From: Candidatus Hydrogenedentota bacterium
GTDB lineage: Bacteria; Hydrogenedentota; Hydrogenedentia; Hydrogenedentales; SLHB01
Length of the DNA stretch: 37,802 nt
Assembly (NCBI GenBank): GCA_035367355.1
Contig: DAOSJS010000002.1
Location: 1 to 37,802, forward strand
Direction: 5' to 3'
The position numbers were made by a program, and so were the translations under genes. Below the pieces are notes generated by a model. It saw only the letters and a program-made list of their open reading frames with translations. It was not told the origin of the DNA and made no database searches. Positions 36,248 through 37,802 of the stretch are shown here, one piece after another (within the stretch, counting starts at the first letter, position 1; every line of letters begins with the position of its first letter).

Positions 36248-37802
36248 ATGAGTGACCATGCTTTCGAGCCGGTGCCGTCCCAGTTCAATTTCTCAGAAGC
36301 CGAAAAAGACGTGATCCGGTTCTGGAAAGAAAACCGCATTTACGAAAAGAGCCTGGAGGCCCGCATCGGAGCGCCGGAATTCGTCTTCTACGAAGGGCCG
36401 CCCACGGCAAACGGCATGCCCCATCCCGGCCACTGCCTTACGCGCACCATCAAGGACATCTTTCCCCGCTATAAGACCATGACCGGCTATTATTGCGAGC
36501 GTAAGGCCGGATGGGACACCCACGGCCTGCCTGTGGAGATTGAAGTCTGTAAGGAGCTTGGGATCCTTGACGGCGGCAAGGCCGCTATCGAAGAATACGG
36601 CGTCGAGCGGTTCAACCGCACCTGTGTCGAGTCGGTGTTCCGGTATCAGCGCGAATGGGAGGAACTCACCGACCGCATCGGCTTCTGGGTCGACCTCGAA
36701 GAGGCCTACGTCACCTATCACCAGAGCTACGTCGAAAGCGTCTGGTGGGCGCTCAAGCAGCTGTTCGACAAAGGCCTTCTGTACCAGGGGCACAAGGTCG
36801 TGTGGTGGTGGGCGCAAGGCGGCACCGCGCTTTCCGCCGGCGAAGTCGGCGAAGGCTACCGCGACACCGATGATCCCGCCATCACGGTCCGGTTGCGCCT
36901 CCCCAAAGCCAGCCGCAAGGCGCTCGGCCTTGACAACTCCAACACCAGCCTCTTGATCTGGACGACGACCCCGTGGACCCTCTCGAGCAACTGCGCCGTC
37001 GCTGTCGGGCCGGATATCGAATACGCGGCCGTCAGCCATACCCACGACGGCGGGGAAGAGATCCTCATCCTGGCCTTGCCTCTGGTCGAACGGTATTTCG
37101 GCGAACATGCCACCGTCATCAGGATCTTCAAGGCGTCGGAACTCATCGGGCTCAAATACGAGCCTCTCTTCAATTACGGCACGCCCACCACGGTCGACGG
37201 CAGCCGCGAAGCCGATGCGTACTGGCAGATCATCCCCGGTGATTTTGTGGAACTGGAGACCGGCACCGGGATCGTCCACATCGCGCCCGCGTTCGGTGAG
37301 GACGACTACCGTGTCTGCCAGGAACAGGGCATCGGGTTCTTGTGCTACGTCAAGCCCGACGGTACGTTCGATGAGCGGGTCACTGATGTCGACCCGTATG
37401 ATCAGACTCCCTTTGCCGGGCAGTTCTGCAAGGACGCCGACAAAGGCATCACCCGGCTGCTCAAGGAAAATGGCGCGATTATCAAGCACGAGCAGTACCG
37501 GCACGCCTACCCGTTCTGTCCGCGTGCCGACGACGATCCCCTGATCCAGTACGCGCGCCGAAGCTGGTTTATCCGGACCTCACAGTACCGCGACGAATTT
37601 CTCGCCAACAACCGGCTCATCGACTGGTATCCGGAGCATATCCGCGACGGCCGTTTCGGGAATTTCCTCGAAAACAACGTCGACTGGGCCATCTCGCGCG
37701 AGCGCTACTGGGGCACCCCGCTGCCCGTCTGGGTCTGTGACAAAACCGGGTACATGGAAGCCGTCGGCTCGTATGCCGAACTGATGGCCAAGCCCGGCGC
37801 AG
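36248..37802 (+). CDS. ileS: isoleucine--tRNA ligase, type 2 (5' part; continues beyond window)
   Basis: Not in the ORF track because there is no stop in the window. Hand translation from ATG 36248 gives [97 protein letters not shown]...[17 protein letters not shown]. The frame stays open to position 37802. HIGH-type motif PHPGH is present. Confidence 0.93.
   Translation, partial: MSDHAFEPVPSQFNFSEAEKDVIRFWKENRIYEKSLEARIGAPEFVFYEGPPTANGMPHPGHCLTRTIKDIFPRYKTMTGYYCERKAGWDTHGLPVEIEVCKELGILDGGKAAIEEYGVERFNRTCVESVFRYQREWEELTDRIGFWVDLEEAYVTYHQSYVESVWWALKQLFDKGLLYQGHKVVWWWAQGGTALSAGEVGEGYRDTDDPAITVRLRLPKASRKALGLDNSNTSLLIWTTTPWTLSSNCAVAVGPDIEYAAVSHTHDGGEEILILALPLVERYFGEHATVIRIFKASELIGLKYEPLFNYGTPTTVDGSREADAYWQIIPGDFVELETGTGIVHIAPAFGEDDYRVCQEQGIGFLCYVKPDGTFDERVTDVDPYDQTPFAGQFCKDADKGITRLLKENGAIIKHEQYRHAYPFCPRADDDPLIQYARRSWFIRTSQYRDEFLANNRLIDWYPEHIRDGRFGNFLENNVDWAISRERYWGTPLPVWVCDKTGYMEAVGSYAELMAKPGA

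Noticed and set aside
36293-37504. 403-aa minus-strand ORF
   Set aside because: It is antisense to ileS (see the ileS feature). Its composition is low-complexity and it has no motifs.

Overview
GC-rich bacterial chromosomal window, densely coded, with no mobile elements, CRISPR arrays or rRNA visible. The few AT-richer patches coincide with intergenic or promoter regions.

Housekeeping backbone:
- ATP-dependent phosphofructokinase (pfkA).
- The conserved rpmH-rnpA-yidD-yidC-jag-mnmE cluster.
- Cardiolipin synthase (cls).
- A complete 2-oxoglutarate dehydrogenase operon, sucA-sucB-lpdA.
- Oligoendopeptidase F (pepF).
- tRNA-Ser(CGA).
- The 5' part of a type-2 ileS. It runs off the window, so it is absent from the supplied ORF track.

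Accessory-looking modules between these:
- A sugar-type ABC binding protein and permease fused into an operon with a Gfo/Idh/MocA oxidoreductase, but with no ATPase gene.
- A Tat-signal Gfo/Idh/MocA (GFOR/GH109-like) enzyme.
- An orphan ATP-grasp ligase.
- A large GNAT-like protein.
- A class-I aldolase / isochorismatase-like hydrolase / SDR operon.
- A tight three-gene operon of large secreted proteins with glycoside-hydrolase-like barrels, which I cannot place in a characterised family. This is the best candidate here for undescribed biology.

Also notable:
- A Jag/KhpB homologue about twice the usual size, with an internal (xxRPR)6 tandem repeat and an acidic tail.
- A YidC with a long basic C-terminal tail.

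Many long antisense ORFs are GC-driven shadows and were rejected. The gene content (Tat-exported NAD enzymes, GHL-type secreted proteins, tailed YidC) hints at a PVC-superphylum-like heterotroph, but this is low-confidence inference only. All homology statements come from motif recognition by eye; no searches were run.
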